The translations under genes and the position numbers were made by a program. DNA of 64,000 nt from an uncultured Pseudomonadota bacterium. GTDB taxonomy: Bacteria; SAR324; JACQKK01. Within the stretch, counting starts at the first letter, position 1; each line of letters begins with the position of its first letter. The stretch is taken from NCBI GenBank assembly GCA_964583525.1, contig CAZOXD010000004.1:1909-65908 (forward strand), written 5' to 3'. Positions 37,742-47,752 of this stretch are shown here, one piece after another. The notes under the pieces were generated by a model that ran no database searches, had not been told where the DNA came from, and saw nothing but the letters and a program-made list of their open reading frames with translations.

Positions 37742-38010
37742 TGAATCCCCTTGGCCGTTTTAATTGATACCCACCTGTTGCTAGAATCCTCCTATTTCGT
37801 CCCTTGATCAAATATTGCCCCGGTGACCACCCTTGATGTACGGTTCGTCCAATCCTTTCATTTTTGGGGTCGGGGCACACCGAACTAACCTTGAGGAACC
37901 GATGGCAATGGGCAGGAAAGCGACCAACAGGAACAACAACGGGGCCAAGCCTTCTAATGACACGATGGAGCAGGTATATTTATTTCACTCCTCTCTCAGA
38001 ACTTTTAGAT

Positions 38011-40914
38011 ATGTCTAGTCCCGATTCCACGTTCCATCCTGGCAGTCTTGTCTCCGCGAGAGGGCGAGAATGGATTGTCCTGCCTGATAGCCGGGACGAT
38101 CTCCTCAAACTTCGCCCTCTTGGAGGATCTGAGAAAGAAGCGCGACTGATCTATCTCCCGCTTGAAAAGGAAGCACCGAGATCGGCAACATTCCCTCCCC
38201 CTAATCCCGCCATGTCAGCAGCTCAAGCAGCTGGCCTGCTTATGCGGGATGCATTACGGCTCAAACTCCGTTCGGGAGCAGGCCCGTTTCGGAGCGTGGG
38301 CAATTTGGTATTCGAGCCTCGTGCATACCAGGTTGTTCCTCTCCTCATGGCCTTACGCCAGGAGATCATCCGACTCCTGATTGCCGACGATGTTGGCATA
38401 GGGAAAACGATTGAAGCTGGGTTGATCCTTCGGGAAATGATTGATCGGGGTGAAATTGAGCGAGCAACAGTAGTCTGCCCTCCCCACCTTTGTGAACAAT
38501 GGCAAGAAGAGCTTTCGGAGAAATTCAACATTGAAACCGTGGTCGTTCGGACTGGCACTGCGGGGCGGCTGGAGAGGGGGCTTCCGGCTGGCCAATCGAT
38601 CTTCGAAGTCTATCCATTTACGGTTGTGTCTCTGGATTACATCAAGTCTGAACGTCGCCGGGATGAATTTATTCGGGCTTGCCCTGAATTTCTGATTGTT
38701 GAGGAAGCACACAGTTGTGTGGGCAGTGCCGGTACCGGAAGGCACCTGCGTTATGGGCTCATGCGGGATTTGGCGGAAGACAAGGAACGCCATATTGTGA
38801 TGCTGACAGCGACTCCTCACAGTGGAAACGATGAGGCCTTTCACAACCTGCTGGGTCTCCTTGATGAGAAATTCATTGCCCTTCGCGAACTTTCTGAAGG
38901 AAGGCTCCGTGACCAACTCCGCGCAGAGCTTGCCCTGCATTTTGTCCAAAGACGTAGGCAGGACATTCCGGAATGGAAGGAGGACGTCAGCCTCTTCCCT
39001 GACCGGGAATCGAAAGAAGAAACCTACACACTCACGGGTGACTGGGGAGCACTGTTCGATTTGGTGCTCGAATATGCCAGAGGGATGGTGGAAAAGGCGG
39101 AGAAGAAAAGCCATCTAGAGCAGCGGATGAACTGGTGGGCTGCATTGGCTCTGCTTCGTTGCATCAGCAGCAGCCCAGCTGCGGCGTCGGTTGCCCTTCG
39201 CACCAGGCTCAGTGCTGTGGAAGGGGTTAGCGAGGAAGAGCAGATTGAAGACATCGATATTCGAGGCGCAGAAACCGTTCTGGATGGACAGTCTACGGAT
39301 GAATTGAACCTGGATGAAGCTGTACCGGCTGGAACGACGGGGGATGCTGAATCAAACGAGGAGGATGCCGAATGGTTGCGGGGCCTGATTGGCCAAGCTG
39401 ATTCCCTCCGTGGCCCCAAGAACGATCCGAAGCTGGAGACATTGATCGACCAGGTCAAAAAGTTAATTGCCGAGGGATTCCGCCCGGTGGTGTTCTGCCG
39501 ATACATTGCAACGGCTCATTACTTGGCAGAGGAGCTTGGTAAGGTGCTTCCAGAAAAGAAAACCATCGTCCAATCGGTGACGGGGGAACTGAATCCTGAT
39601 GAGCGGGATGAAAAGGTTGCACGGCTTTCGAAGGACGGGGAAGAGGAGGGCCGCATCCCTGTGCTGGTTGCGACAGACTGCCTGAGCGAGGGGATCAACC
39701 TCCAGCACTACTTCAATGCCGTCGTCCACTATGACCTGGTTTGGAATCCAACCCGGCATGAACAAAGAGAAGGACGTGTTGATCGATTCGGGCAGGCCAG
39801 CCCAACCGTGCGGGCCTTGATGCTCTATGGGGCCAACAACCCTGTCGACGGGGCGGTGCTGCGAGTCATCCTGAGAAAGGCAGAGAAGATCCGGAAGGAG
39901 TTGGGTGTCAGCGTTCCAATGCCATCTGACAGCAACGCGGTCATGGAGGCCATCATGCAGACCGTGCTGCTGCAGAGTGGAGGTCTGGCGGACGCTTCCA
40001 GACAAATGAGGCTGGACTTTGGTGAAGTTGAAGAGGAGGTCGACAGGGCCTGGGAAAGCGCAAAGGAGAAAGCCAGGGAAGGAAGGCAGACCGTGTTCGC
40101 CCAACGTCGGCTTCGCCCGGAGGAAGTACTCCCGGAGTGGCACAAGACGGTGGAGGTTCTGGGGGCCGGTGAGGATGTCTTGCGATTCGTGCGCATCGCG
40201 GCGGAACGATTGGGCGCACCCCTCGACCGAAATGAGGATCATTACCGGCTTCCTCTCGAAGCCTTAAAAGGAGGGGCGGCGGCTCAACTGGCGGCAGTCG
40301 GATTCGAGGGCGATATTCGTTTCTCCATTTCCCCCAAACCTCCGCCGGGGGTGACCCACATTCACCGGGCGCATCCGCTCGTCATAAGCCTGGCCGACTA
40401 TGTGGCCGAGGTGGCCCTGGACGAGGACAATCCCGAGGTGGCCGCACGGTGCGGAGTTGTCTTCACGGACGGGGTGTCGGCCCGTACTACGGTTTACCTG
40501 ATTCGCCTGCGGCACCAGATCCATGCGGAGTATGTAAGTGGGCCTCAGGTGGGCAAGCGCAACGATCTGCTGGCCGAGGAATGCATCATGCTCAAGCAGA
40601 GCGGCGACGAAGCGCCCCGCCTGATGAGCGACAAGGAAGCACTCGCCCTGATGGACTTGGAGCCTTCGCGGAACATCCAGTCCGAGCAGAGAGAGCGCCA
40701 ACTCCAGCGCACCCTGGATGGAATGGAAGCCCTTCAGCCGGGCTTTGAAGATCATGCCCGGCAACGGGCGGCGGAGTTGCTGGAGGATCACATCCGGGTG
40801 CGGGAGGCCAGCCGGGGTAGCCGCGAAGCCATGCGTATTCGGTACGACGTCACTCCCAGCCTTCCGGTGGATGTAATCGGCATCTACCTGCTTCTTCCCA
40901 CCCCCAAAATCTGA
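38011..40914 (+). CDS. drmD: SNF2-family helicase, DrmD-like
   Basis: 'LLIADDVGIGKTIEAGL' (motif I), 'LIVEEAHSC' (motif II), 'VLVATDCLSEGINLQ' (motif V), 'WNPTRHEQREGRVDRFGQ' (motif VI). ATG 38011 ('MSSPDSTFHPG') is preferred over the track start at 37864. Confidence 0.85.
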   Translation: MSSPDSTFHPGSLVSARGREWIVLPDSRDDLLKLRPLGGSEKEARLIYLPLEKEAPRSATFPPPNPAMSAAQAAGLLMRDALRLKLRSGAGPFRSVGNLVFEPRAYQVVPLLMALRQEIIRLLIADDVGIGKTIEAGLILREMIDRGEIERATVVCPPHLCEQWQEELSEKFNIETVVVRTGTAGRLERGLPAGQSIFEVYPFTVVSLDYIKSERRRDEFIRACPEFLIVEEAHSCVGSAGTGRHLRYGLMRDLAEDKERHIVMLTATPHSGNDEAFHNLLGLLDEKFIALRELSEGRLRDQLRAELALHFVQRRRQDIPEWKEDVSLFPDRESKEETYTLTGDWGALFDLVLEYARGMVEKAEKKSHLEQRMNWWAALALLRCISSSPAAASVALRTRLSAVEGVSEEEQIEDIDIRGAETVLDGQSTDELNLDEAVPAGTTGDAESNEEDAEWLRGLIGQADSLRGPKNDPKLETLIDQVKKLIAEGFRPVVFCRYIATAHYLAEELGKVLPEKKTIVQSVTGELNPDERDEKVARLSKDGEEEGRIPVLVATDCLSEGINLQHYFNAVVHYDLVWNPTRHEQREGRVDRFGQASPTVRALMLYGANNPVDGAVLRVILRKAEKIRKELGVSVPMPSDSNAVMEAIMQTVLLQSGGLADASRQMRLDFGEVEEEVDRAWESAKEKAREGRQTVFAQRRLRPEEVLPEWHKTVEVLGAGEDVLRFVRIAAERLGAPLDRNEDHYRLPLEALKGGAAAQLAAVGFEGDIRFSISPKPPPGVTHIHRAHPLVISLADYVAEVALDEDNPEVAARCGVVFTDGVSARTTVYLIRLRHQIHAEYVSGPQVGKRNDLLAEECIMLKQSGDEAPRLMSDKEALALMDLEPSRNIQSEQRERQLQRTLDGMEALQPGFEDHARQRAAELLEDHIRVREASRGSREAMRIRYDVTPSLPVDVIGIYLLLPTPKI

Positions 40915-40920
40915 CCGGCC

Positions 40921-43900
40921 ATGGCTCGCAATCGAACGGGACACGGTTTCACGGCGCTTCGGATCGAGGGGGGGATCATCCCCGCCGAGTACCTGGAGAC
41001 GGTTCGCCAGTTGGCGGCGCCGAGCCAGTCCAATGCCGATTATGGGATCGAGCGCACGCTAAACCTGCGGGACGAGATCAGCCGATTTTGGCGGATCGCC
41101 ACCGAACGGTGGGCCGGGTTCAAGGAGCGCCGCGACCGTGGCGATCTTAATGCTGCCACGATCACCATCGAGGATTGGCTGAACCCGTTGCTGCACAGAG
41201 TGCTGGAGTTCGAGGACATCGCCCAGCGTAGGGAGCGGGTGGTGGGCACCCGTCACTTCCCCATCGGGCACGAGGCCTATGGGCAGGCGGTGCCCCTTGT
41301 GCTCGTTCCCCATGACTGCTCCCTGGACAAGGCCGACCCGCGCTTCGGGGAGGAAGGGCGGCGGCGTGCTCCCCACAACCTGCTGCAGGAGTACCTGAAC
41401 GCGGAGGACGCAGCCCTGTGGGGGATCGTCTCCAACGGGCGGCAGATGCGCCTGGCGCGGGACAATCCCAGCCTGACCCGGCCCGCCTACATCGAGGCCG
41501 ACTTCGAGCGGATGTTCGAGGAGCAGTTGTACTCGGACTTCGCCGCGTTCTGGCTGCTATTCCATGCCTCTCGGCTGGCACCGAAGGACGGCAACGTGGC
41601 CAGTTGCGTCCTGGAGACTTGGCGCAACGCCAGCCTGGAGACCGGCGAACGGGCGCGGGAAAACCTGCGGCACGGGGTGACCCAGGCCCTGCGCGACCTG
41701 GGCACCGGCTTTCTGCGGCATCCCGCCAATGAGGCCCTGCGCCAGGCCTTGCAGAATGGCGATCTGGAGACGGAGGCCTACTTCCAGGAATTGTTGCGGC
41801 TGGTTTACCGGCTGCTGTTCCTGTTCACGGGGGAGGAACGGGGGCTGCTCTTCACGCCGGGATCGCCGGAGGAGGCGCGGAACATCTACCGGGAAGGCTA
41901 CGCCGTCTCGCGGTTGCGGGAGATGGCCCTGCAGCGCCGCACCCACGACCGGCACCTGGACTTGTGGGTGGGGCTGCGGGTGACCTTCGGCGCCCTGGCG
42001 GAGGGGGCGGAACCTTTGGGCCTCCCGGCCCTGGGGGGCTTGTTCGCCACGGAGCAGTGCCCACACCTGGACGCCGCCGACTTGACCAACACGGAGTTGC
42101 TGGCCGCGATCCGGGCGCTGGCCTTCTTTCCCAGCGGGAAGAGCTTGGCCCGAGTCAACTTCCGGGACATGGGCACCGAGGAACTGGGATCGGTCTACGA
42201 AAGCCTGCTGGAACTGCAACCGCGCATCGAGGCGGGCACCTGGACGTTCGGCTTCGCCGGGGACGATGCCGAGGCCAGCGGCAAAGGCAGCGCCCGCAAG
42301 CTGAGCGGCAGCTACTACACCCCGCCCTCCCTGGTAAATGAGTTGATCCGCTCGGCCCTGGTGCCGGTGATCGAGCGCACCGTGGCCGAACACCCGGACG
42401 ACCCCATCGCCGCCCTGCTGAATCTGAAGATCGTCGACCCGGCCTGTGGGAGCGGGCACTTCCTGCTGGCGGCGGCGCGACGGCTGGCGGCGGAGATCGC
42501 CCGCCTGGAAGCGGGGGCGGATACCCCGGAGGAATCCCGGCGGCAGCACGCCCTGCGCGAGGTGGTGCAGCACTGCATCTTCGGGGTCGACCTCAACCCG
42601 ATGGCGGTGGAGCTGTGCCGTACGGCGCTTTGGATCGAGACGGTCGAGCCGGGCAGGCCGCTCTCCTTTTTGGATCACCACCTTCAGTGCGGCAACAGCC
42701 TGATCGGAGCCACGCCCGCCTTGCTCAAGAAGGGCATCCCCGACGAGGCCTTCTCCGCCATTGAGGGCGACGACAAGAAAGTAGTGCGGGAGTTCAAACA
42801 AAAGAACCGGGAACAAAGAGAGTTCGGCCTCATGTCGCTGATCCCGGAAGACGATGAGCCGTGGGAGCGACTGGGCAATCTTGCGGACGCCATGTTCAGG
42901 CTGGACACTGGCCCCGAGGACACCCTGGAGGAAGTACGGGAGAAGGAGCGACGTTACGCCGAGATGGTGCTTTCAACCCACTATCTCAACGCGCGATTCT
43001 GGGCCGATATGTGGTGCGCGGCCTTCTTCTGGAAAAAGACCAGGGAGTTCTCCTTCCCGATCACCCAGGAAGTTTTCAAGCGAGTCGAGCGAAACCCCCA
43101 TGAGGTTCCCCATTGGATGCGCGAGGAGGTGCAGCGGCTGGCAATTGAACACCGCTACTTCCACTGGCACCTGGCCTTCCCGGAGGTTTTCCGCATGCCA
43201 AATGAAGGAGAAGCGGCGGACAACGAGGAAACCGGTTGGCGGGGGGGCTTCGACGTGGTGCTGGGCAACCCGCCGTGGGAGCGGATCAAGATCCAGGAGC
43301 AGGAGTGGTTCGCCAATCGCTCGGAATCCGTGACGGGCGCTTCCAACGCCGCTGTCCGCAGGCGCGCCATTGCGGCTCTGGAATCCAGCGATCCGGCCCT
43401 GTTCGAGGCCTTCAAGGACGCCTTGCGCGGCGCGGAGGCGCAATCCCACTTCCTGCGGCACTCGGAGCGCTTTCCCCTCTGTGGGCGGGGGGACATCAAC
43501 ACCTACACCGTCTTTGCCGAGCTGAAGCGCGGGCTGAAGGGGCCACAGGGACGGGCCGGGATGATCGTGCCCACGGGCATCGCCAACGACGACACCACCA
43601 AGGTATTCTTCGGCGCCATCACCTCGGGTCGGGAACTGGCCAGCCTGTTTTCCTTCGAAAATGAGGAATTCATTTTCCCATCCGTTCATCATTCCTACCG
43701 TTTCTGCCTGCTCACTCTTTGTGGCAGTTTAAGCTCCGAACAAAGTCCAGAGTTTGCATTTTTTCTTCGGCAGGCGACTCAAATTAGACGTAATGAAAGA
43801 CGCTTCACCCTCTCGCCCGAAAATATCGCCCGCATCAATCCCAACACCCGCACCTGCCCGGTCTTCCGCAGCCAGGCCGACGCGGAACTGACCCGAAAGA

Positions 43901-44904
43901 TCTACGGACGGGTGCCGGTGCTGATCGACGAGAGCCGGGGCGACGAGGGCAACCCTTGGGGCATCCGCTTCATGGCGATGTTCCACATGGCGAACGACAG
44001 CGGGCTATTCCGCACGGCGGCGCAACTGGGCGAACGGGGTGCGAGCCGAGAGGGGGCGAGCTGGGTGTTGGAGGATGGCACGGTCTGGGTGCCCCTGTAC
44101 GAGGCGAAGATGATTAGTTCTTACGACCATCGCGCTGGCACTTATGAGGGCCGAGGGGATGACCGTGGCTTTACGGCTTTGCCAACTCCTTCAATAGAGA
44201 AACACTGTGATCCTCATTATCTTGTGGAACCATTCTATTGGGTTGAATGCACACATATTGATTCAAAGCTTGCTGACAAGAAGTGGAGGAACGCCTGGAT
44301 GTTTGGGTGGAAAGATATTACGAACAACACTAATGAGCGCACAATCATTTCGGGCATCGTGCCGAAAGTGGGGGCAGGTCATACCTTGCCGCTTTGTTTC
44401 CCTTCACCTAAACATAAGCACAGCGTTCCGGCCTTCGTTGGAAATTGGAACAGTTTGGTTCTGGATTATGTGGCCAGACAAAATGTTGGTGGGACGCATC
44501 TCAGTTATATGTACCTCAATCAATTCCCCATCCTTTCTCCCTCCGCCTACACCGAGGCCGACCAGGCCTTCATCGCCCCCCGCGTGCTGGAGCTGACCTA
44601 CACGGCCCACGACCTGGACGACTTCGCCCGGGACATGGGTCATGAAGGCCCGCCCTTCCCCTGGGACGAGGAACGGCGGGCGTGGCTGCGGGCGGAACTG
44701 GACGCCTGCTACGCCCGGCTCTATGGGCTGACCCGGGACGAACTGCGCTACATCCTCGACCCGGCGGACATTTACGGGCCGGACTATCCGAGCGAGACCT
44801 TCCGGGTGCTGAAGAACCGGGAGATGAAGGAATACGGGGAATACCGCACGGCGCGGCTGGTGTTGCAGGCGTGGGACGAGCAGGAGGGGGGGAATAGGGC
44901 ATGA
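40921..44904 (+). CDS. drmMI: Large N6-adenine DNA methyltransferase (Eco57I/type IIG-like), DrmMI-like
   Basis: SAM motif 'KIVDPACGSGHFLL' and catalytic 'VLGNPPWERIK' (NPPW). It starts 6 nt after the SNF2 gene. Two AT-richer patches lie in the C-terminal third. Confidence 0.85.
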   Translation: MARNRTGHGFTALRIEGGIIPAEYLETVRQLAAPSQSNADYGIERTLNLRDEISRFWRIATERWAGFKERRDRGDLNAATITIEDWLNPLLHRVLEFEDIAQRRERVVGTRHFPIGHEAYGQAVPLVLVPHDCSLDKADPRFGEEGRRRAPHNLLQEYLNAEDAALWGIVSNGRQMRLARDNPSLTRPAYIEADFERMFEEQLYSDFAAFWLLFHASRLAPKDGNVASCVLETWRNASLETGERARENLRHGVTQALRDLGTGFLRHPANEALRQALQNGDLETEAYFQELLRLVYRLLFLFTGEERGLLFTPGSPEEARNIYREGYAVSRLREMALQRRTHDRHLDLWVGLRVTFGALAEGAEPLGLPALGGLFATEQCPHLDAADLTNTELLAAIRALAFFPSGKSLARVNFRDMGTEELGSVYESLLELQPRIEAGTWTFGFAGDDAEASGKGSARKLSGSYYTPPSLVNELIRSALVPVIERTVAEHPDDPIAALLNLKIVDPACGSGHFLLAAARRLAAEIARLEAGADTPEESRRQHALREVVQHCIFGVDLNPMAVELCRTALWIETVEPGRPLSFLDHHLQCGNSLIGATPALLKKGIPDEAFSAIEGDDKKVVREFKQKNREQREFGLMSLIPEDDEPWERLGNLADAMFRLDTGPEDTLEEVREKERRYAEMVLSTHYLNARFWADMWCAAFFWKKTREFSFPITQEVFKRVERNPHEVPHWMREEVQRLAIEHRYFHWHLAFPEVFRMPNEGEAADNEETGWRGGFDVVLGNPPWERIKIQEQEWFANRSESVTGASNAAVRRRAIAALESSDPALFEAFKDALRGAEAQSHFLRHSERFPLCGRGDINTYTVFAELKRGLKGPQGRAGMIVPTGIANDDTTKVFFGAITSGRELASLFSFENEEFIFPSVHHSYRFCLLTLCGSLSSEQSPEFAFFLRQATQIRRNERRFTLSPENIARINPNTRTCPVFRSQADAELTRKIYGRVPVLIDESRGDEGNPWGIRFMAMFHMANDSGLFRTAAQLGERGASREGASWVLEDGTVWVPLYEAKMISSYDHRAGTYEGRGDDRGFTALPTPSIEKHCDPHYLVEPFYWVECTHIDSKLADKKWRNAWMFGWKDITNNTNERTIISGIVPKVGAGHTLPLCFPSPKHKHSVPAFVGNWNSLVLDYVARQNVGGTHLSYMYLNQFPILSPSAYTEADQAFIAPRVLELTYTAHDLDDFARDMGHEGPPFPWDEERRAWLRAELDACYARLYGLTRDELRYILDPADIYGPDYPSETFRVLKNREMKEYGEYRTARLVLQAWDEQEGGNRA

Positions 44905-45731
44905 ATATTGGCCGAAGAACCCGATATTCCCTGTTTCAGCTTCTTCAAGTCCTCAGGGAGGACAAACTGGAAGCCATTCTTATGAAGTATGAGCTGCTCA
45001 GAGAATCGTTGATTGGACGATACGGCGAGAACAGTTTCCAGATGCGCGATTATCAACAGGCCTTTGACACCGCGTCTGTTGCAATTGTTGGAGAGATGAT
45101 CAATGAAATCGCAGCAACGCATGAGGCCCTGCGATCAACCTTCCAACCCAAGGATCGCTACGACAATTCATGGGAAGACCTGCAGCATGCATTTGAATTG
45201 AGGTGGCAAGATTTGGTGCGTTGTGCGGAATTGGATGGATATCGAATTCCGGTGGATGAAATTGGCCGGATCGGAAAAACCTTCGTGCCTATTGAGCCAG
45301 AAATTGAAGGACAGGTATCGGTTGAGGACGATCTAACGAGTAATCTACGTGCCAGTGGCCTTCCGAAATCGGATGAGATCGTACGTTTGATCGGGGCGTC
45401 GGGGGATCATTTTCGATCTGAGGAATACAACGCCTGTTTGAATGCAGCGCGAGTCGCGTTACAGTCACTGGCAACGGCAATCGCCGAGGTGCGCCGGGAA
45501 GATCACCCCGGGGAATTCGATGAAGATAGATGGGGCAGCATTATTGGGTACTTCAAAACTAGCGGCTTCATCACCCAGCGACAAGAAAGGGGGCTGGTGG
45601 GAGTATTCGGGTTTGTGAGCGACGGATCACACGTACCAGTCGGCTTTACCGAAGAGGAGTATGTCCGCCTCGGGAGGCACCTATTTCTTTCCATGGCTTA
45701 TTTCCTTGTGAGGATTTTCAGAGCCAGCTAG
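44901..45731 (+). CDS. Hypothetical 276-aa protein, translationally coupled to drmMI
   Basis: The ATG overlaps the drmMI stop (ATGA at 44901-44904). AT-richer composition. I recognise no motif. Confidence 0.55.
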   Translation: MNIGRRTRYSLFQLLQVLREDKLEAILMKYELLRESLIGRYGENSFQMRDYQQAFDTASVAIVGEMINEIAATHEALRSTFQPKDRYDNSWEDLQHAFELRWQDLVRCAELDGYRIPVDEIGRIGKTFVPIEPEIEGQVSVEDDLTSNLRASGLPKSDEIVRLIGASGDHFRSEEYNACLNAARVALQSLATAIAEVRREDHPGEFDEDRWGSIIGYFKTSGFITQRQERGLVGVFGFVSDGSHVPVGFTEEEYVRLGRHLFLSMAYFLVRIFRAS

Positions 45732-45752
45732 CTACACTGTGAAGGGGACAAC

Positions 45753-45842
45753 ATGAAGATTTCGACCATCCTAGATCACATCGATAGCGGCCACATGGCC
45801 CTGCCGAAGTTCCAGCGCGGATATTCCACAGAGGGCTTGTAA
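45753..45842 (+). pseudogene. N-terminal remnant (29 codons) of a DUF262/GmrSD-type gene
   Basis: 'MKISTILDHIDSGHMALPKFQRGYSTEGL*' carries the DUF262 N-terminal signature (l.lPeFQRgyvW), then stops. Confidence 0.5.
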
Positions 45843-45865
45843 TTAGCAGGAATGGGGGTGTGGGG

Positions 45866-46804
45866 ATGACTTCGCAAAATTGGCGCGAATTTAAAATCAG
45901 CGTTGATGAATGTGATGTTGAGGACAATGAACGCCTTATTGAGTATCGCGCTAAGCGGATCGAATGGCTCCAATGGCTGAGGCTCGACGGCGATGAGCAT
46001 GCGATATGGAGGCAGATCTACGGGATGCTCTGGAACGATGCGCTATTTAGGACGATTAATGAGTCACGCCGAATTGCCAAGGAGGTGGGCGAATCTGCAG
46101 CCTTGAACGGCCCTCTTTCCAGGTTCATCGACCAAAGCTACGTCGCGACGCAGGTGCTTGCAATTAGAAGGCTTTGTGAATCCCAGCAGCGTAATCCGAA
46201 GCGGCAAATAATCTCCCTGAGAAGGCTTATCGACGACATTCGGAATCACAAGAATCTCCTCTCCAGGGAAAACTTCATTGGTTTCGACGGATTACCATTT
46301 ACCCCAGGTTCCGCCCCACGATCTCGGATGGACTCTGACTCAGAAAGAGCGCAAATGGGATTTGACCGACTGTCTGGTGTCAAACCTGAGCAGCGGAGTC
46401 GTTCAGACGTGATTGCTGACAAAGTGTTTGAATTGCTTGATCAAAAATTGGAGGACAGCGGTTATGACAACATTCGCGAGTATGGCAACAAGTTTATTGC
46501 ACACGCAGCGGATAGAACATCGCGGGAAACGCTTGAAAATACTCAAACTGGCATCAGCCTAGATGGAATTGAGCATTGCCATAAAGCAATCTGCCAAATC
46601 GCCAACATAGTCTCGGGTCACATTTTGTGGGACGTGACCTCCTCACTTTTTCCTGAATCGCAATTCGATCAATTGGAGTTCCTAGACAAAGCTTGGCTCC
46701 CGGCGAACGAGTTACCCAAGCTGCGCGAATTCTGGCAGCGACATGCCGAGGAAGTACGGAGCTGGCAGCCAGAGACGGTTGACCTGCGGCCTAAGAAAAC
46801 GTGA
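45866..46804 (+). CDS. Hypothetical 312-aa protein (weak HEPN/AbiU2/DUF4145-like 'R..GN...AH' motif)
   Basis: 'IREYGNKFIAHAADR' resembles the R-x-x-G-N-x-x-A-H pattern also present in the DUF4145-like gene at 61748 ('LRIVGNIGAHSAEQD'). Otherwise unassigned. Confidence 0.5.
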   Translation: MTSQNWREFKISVDECDVEDNERLIEYRAKRIEWLQWLRLDGDEHAIWRQIYGMLWNDALFRTINESRRIAKEVGESAALNGPLSRFIDQSYVATQVLAIRRLCESQQRNPKRQIISLRRLIDDIRNHKNLLSRENFIGFDGLPFTPGSAPRSRMDSDSERAQMGFDRLSGVKPEQRSRSDVIADKVFELLDQKLEDSGYDNIREYGNKFIAHAADRTSRETLENTQTGISLDGIEHCHKAICQIANIVSGHILWDVTSSLFPESQFDQLEFLDKAWLPANELPKLREFWQRHAEEVRSWQPETVDLRPKKT

Positions 46805-46887
46805 AAGCTTGCATGATGGCACCCATTGCCGGGAGTGGGACGAGCAGGATTAGGATTTAGTGGCTAAGCACGAGAGAAAGGCGAACC

Positions 46888-47727
46888 ATGGCGCAGCAGG
46901 AATTCGATATTCTTGAGTTCTATCGAGCCGAGGAGGCAGTTCTTCAGGCAAAGCTGGACGCTGCCCGGGCAGTCATCGTCCATGCTGGCGAAAAAGGCAG
47001 AGCTTTGGAATCCGCCGTTTCCGAATTCCTCCGGTCATTCCTGCCTGATGAGTACGGGATCAGCACTGGTTTCATTGTGAGCGAATCGAATGGAACAATC
47101 ACCACAAGTCCGCAGTTGGATATCATCATCTATGACGCTGTCAGAGGCGGCCCGATCGCGCGGCTGGAGTCCTGCGACGTCTTTCCACTCGAATCGGTCG
47201 TCGCGTATCTTGAGGTGAAGACGGCACTCAGGATTTCGGGCGACGACGCCACAATCGATGGGAGCACCAGCAATTCTGTCCTCGCTTGTCTGAATGCGAA
47301 CAGGCGCATCCGGGAAATGCGTCACTGGGATTATCTTCGCCTCGTTCGAGTTCGTGATGGAGCAACAAGTGAGCTCACATTGACAGTAGGACATTCATCT
47401 CTGACCAACATCGCAATTCGCGCGTACGTATTTGCTTTCGAATTGGAAGGCGCAAGGAACATCAGCGACCTTGCGCACAGCCTCATGCACCATTCGAGGC
47501 AGATCGGCGGAGCACACATCCATGGGGTCTTTGTTCCATGCCAGGGTTTCGTGCGCACACTTGCGTTTCAGAATTCACAGACTGAGTACACTACGGATCA
47601 TCCATTGTCGGCCTTTAAGTGGGGTCTGCTGCAAGGCCTGGCTTCCGTGAAACGCATACCATTGAACTGGACTCCGAACATTGAGCGGTATGCCCGCGTG
47701 ACAAGCACTTGGCATAGCGCCCAGTAG
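46888..47727 (+). CDS. Hypothetical 279-aa protein with a PD-(D/E)xK-like core (DUF6602-like, from memory)
   Basis: 'GEKGRALESAVSEFLRSFLP', 'SPQLDIIIYD' and 'VVAYLEVKTAL' give a D...E-x-K arrangement typical of restriction-endonuclease-fold proteins. Confidence 0.5.
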   Translation: MAQQEFDILEFYRAEEAVLQAKLDAARAVIVHAGEKGRALESAVSEFLRSFLPDEYGISTGFIVSESNGTITTSPQLDIIIYDAVRGGPIARLESCDVFPLESVVAYLEVKTALRISGDDATIDGSTSNSVLACLNANRRIREMRHWDYLRLVRVRDGATSELTLTVGHSSLTNIAIRAYVFAFELEGARNISDLAHSLMHHSRQIGGAHIHGVFVPCQGFVRTLAFQNSQTEYTTDHPLSAFKWGLLQGLASVKRIPLNWTPNIERYARVTSTWHSAQ

Positions 47728-47752
47728 ACGTTCCAAACCAAAGGAAAGTGTC

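Noticed and set aside
355-42816. Numerous long antisense or overlapping ORFs in the track (for example 355-708(-), 815-1348(+), 2363-3130(-), 5038-5700(-), 7169-8101(-), 8540-9517(-), 20322-20963(-), 22356-23279(-), 26806-27450(-), 27146-27868(-), 41557-42816(-))
   Set aside because: They lie inside, or antisense to, genes with clear motif support. They are Arg/Pro/Gly/Ala-rich, as expected for spurious open frames in GC-rich DNA, and carry no recognisable motifs. I treated them as shadow ORFs.
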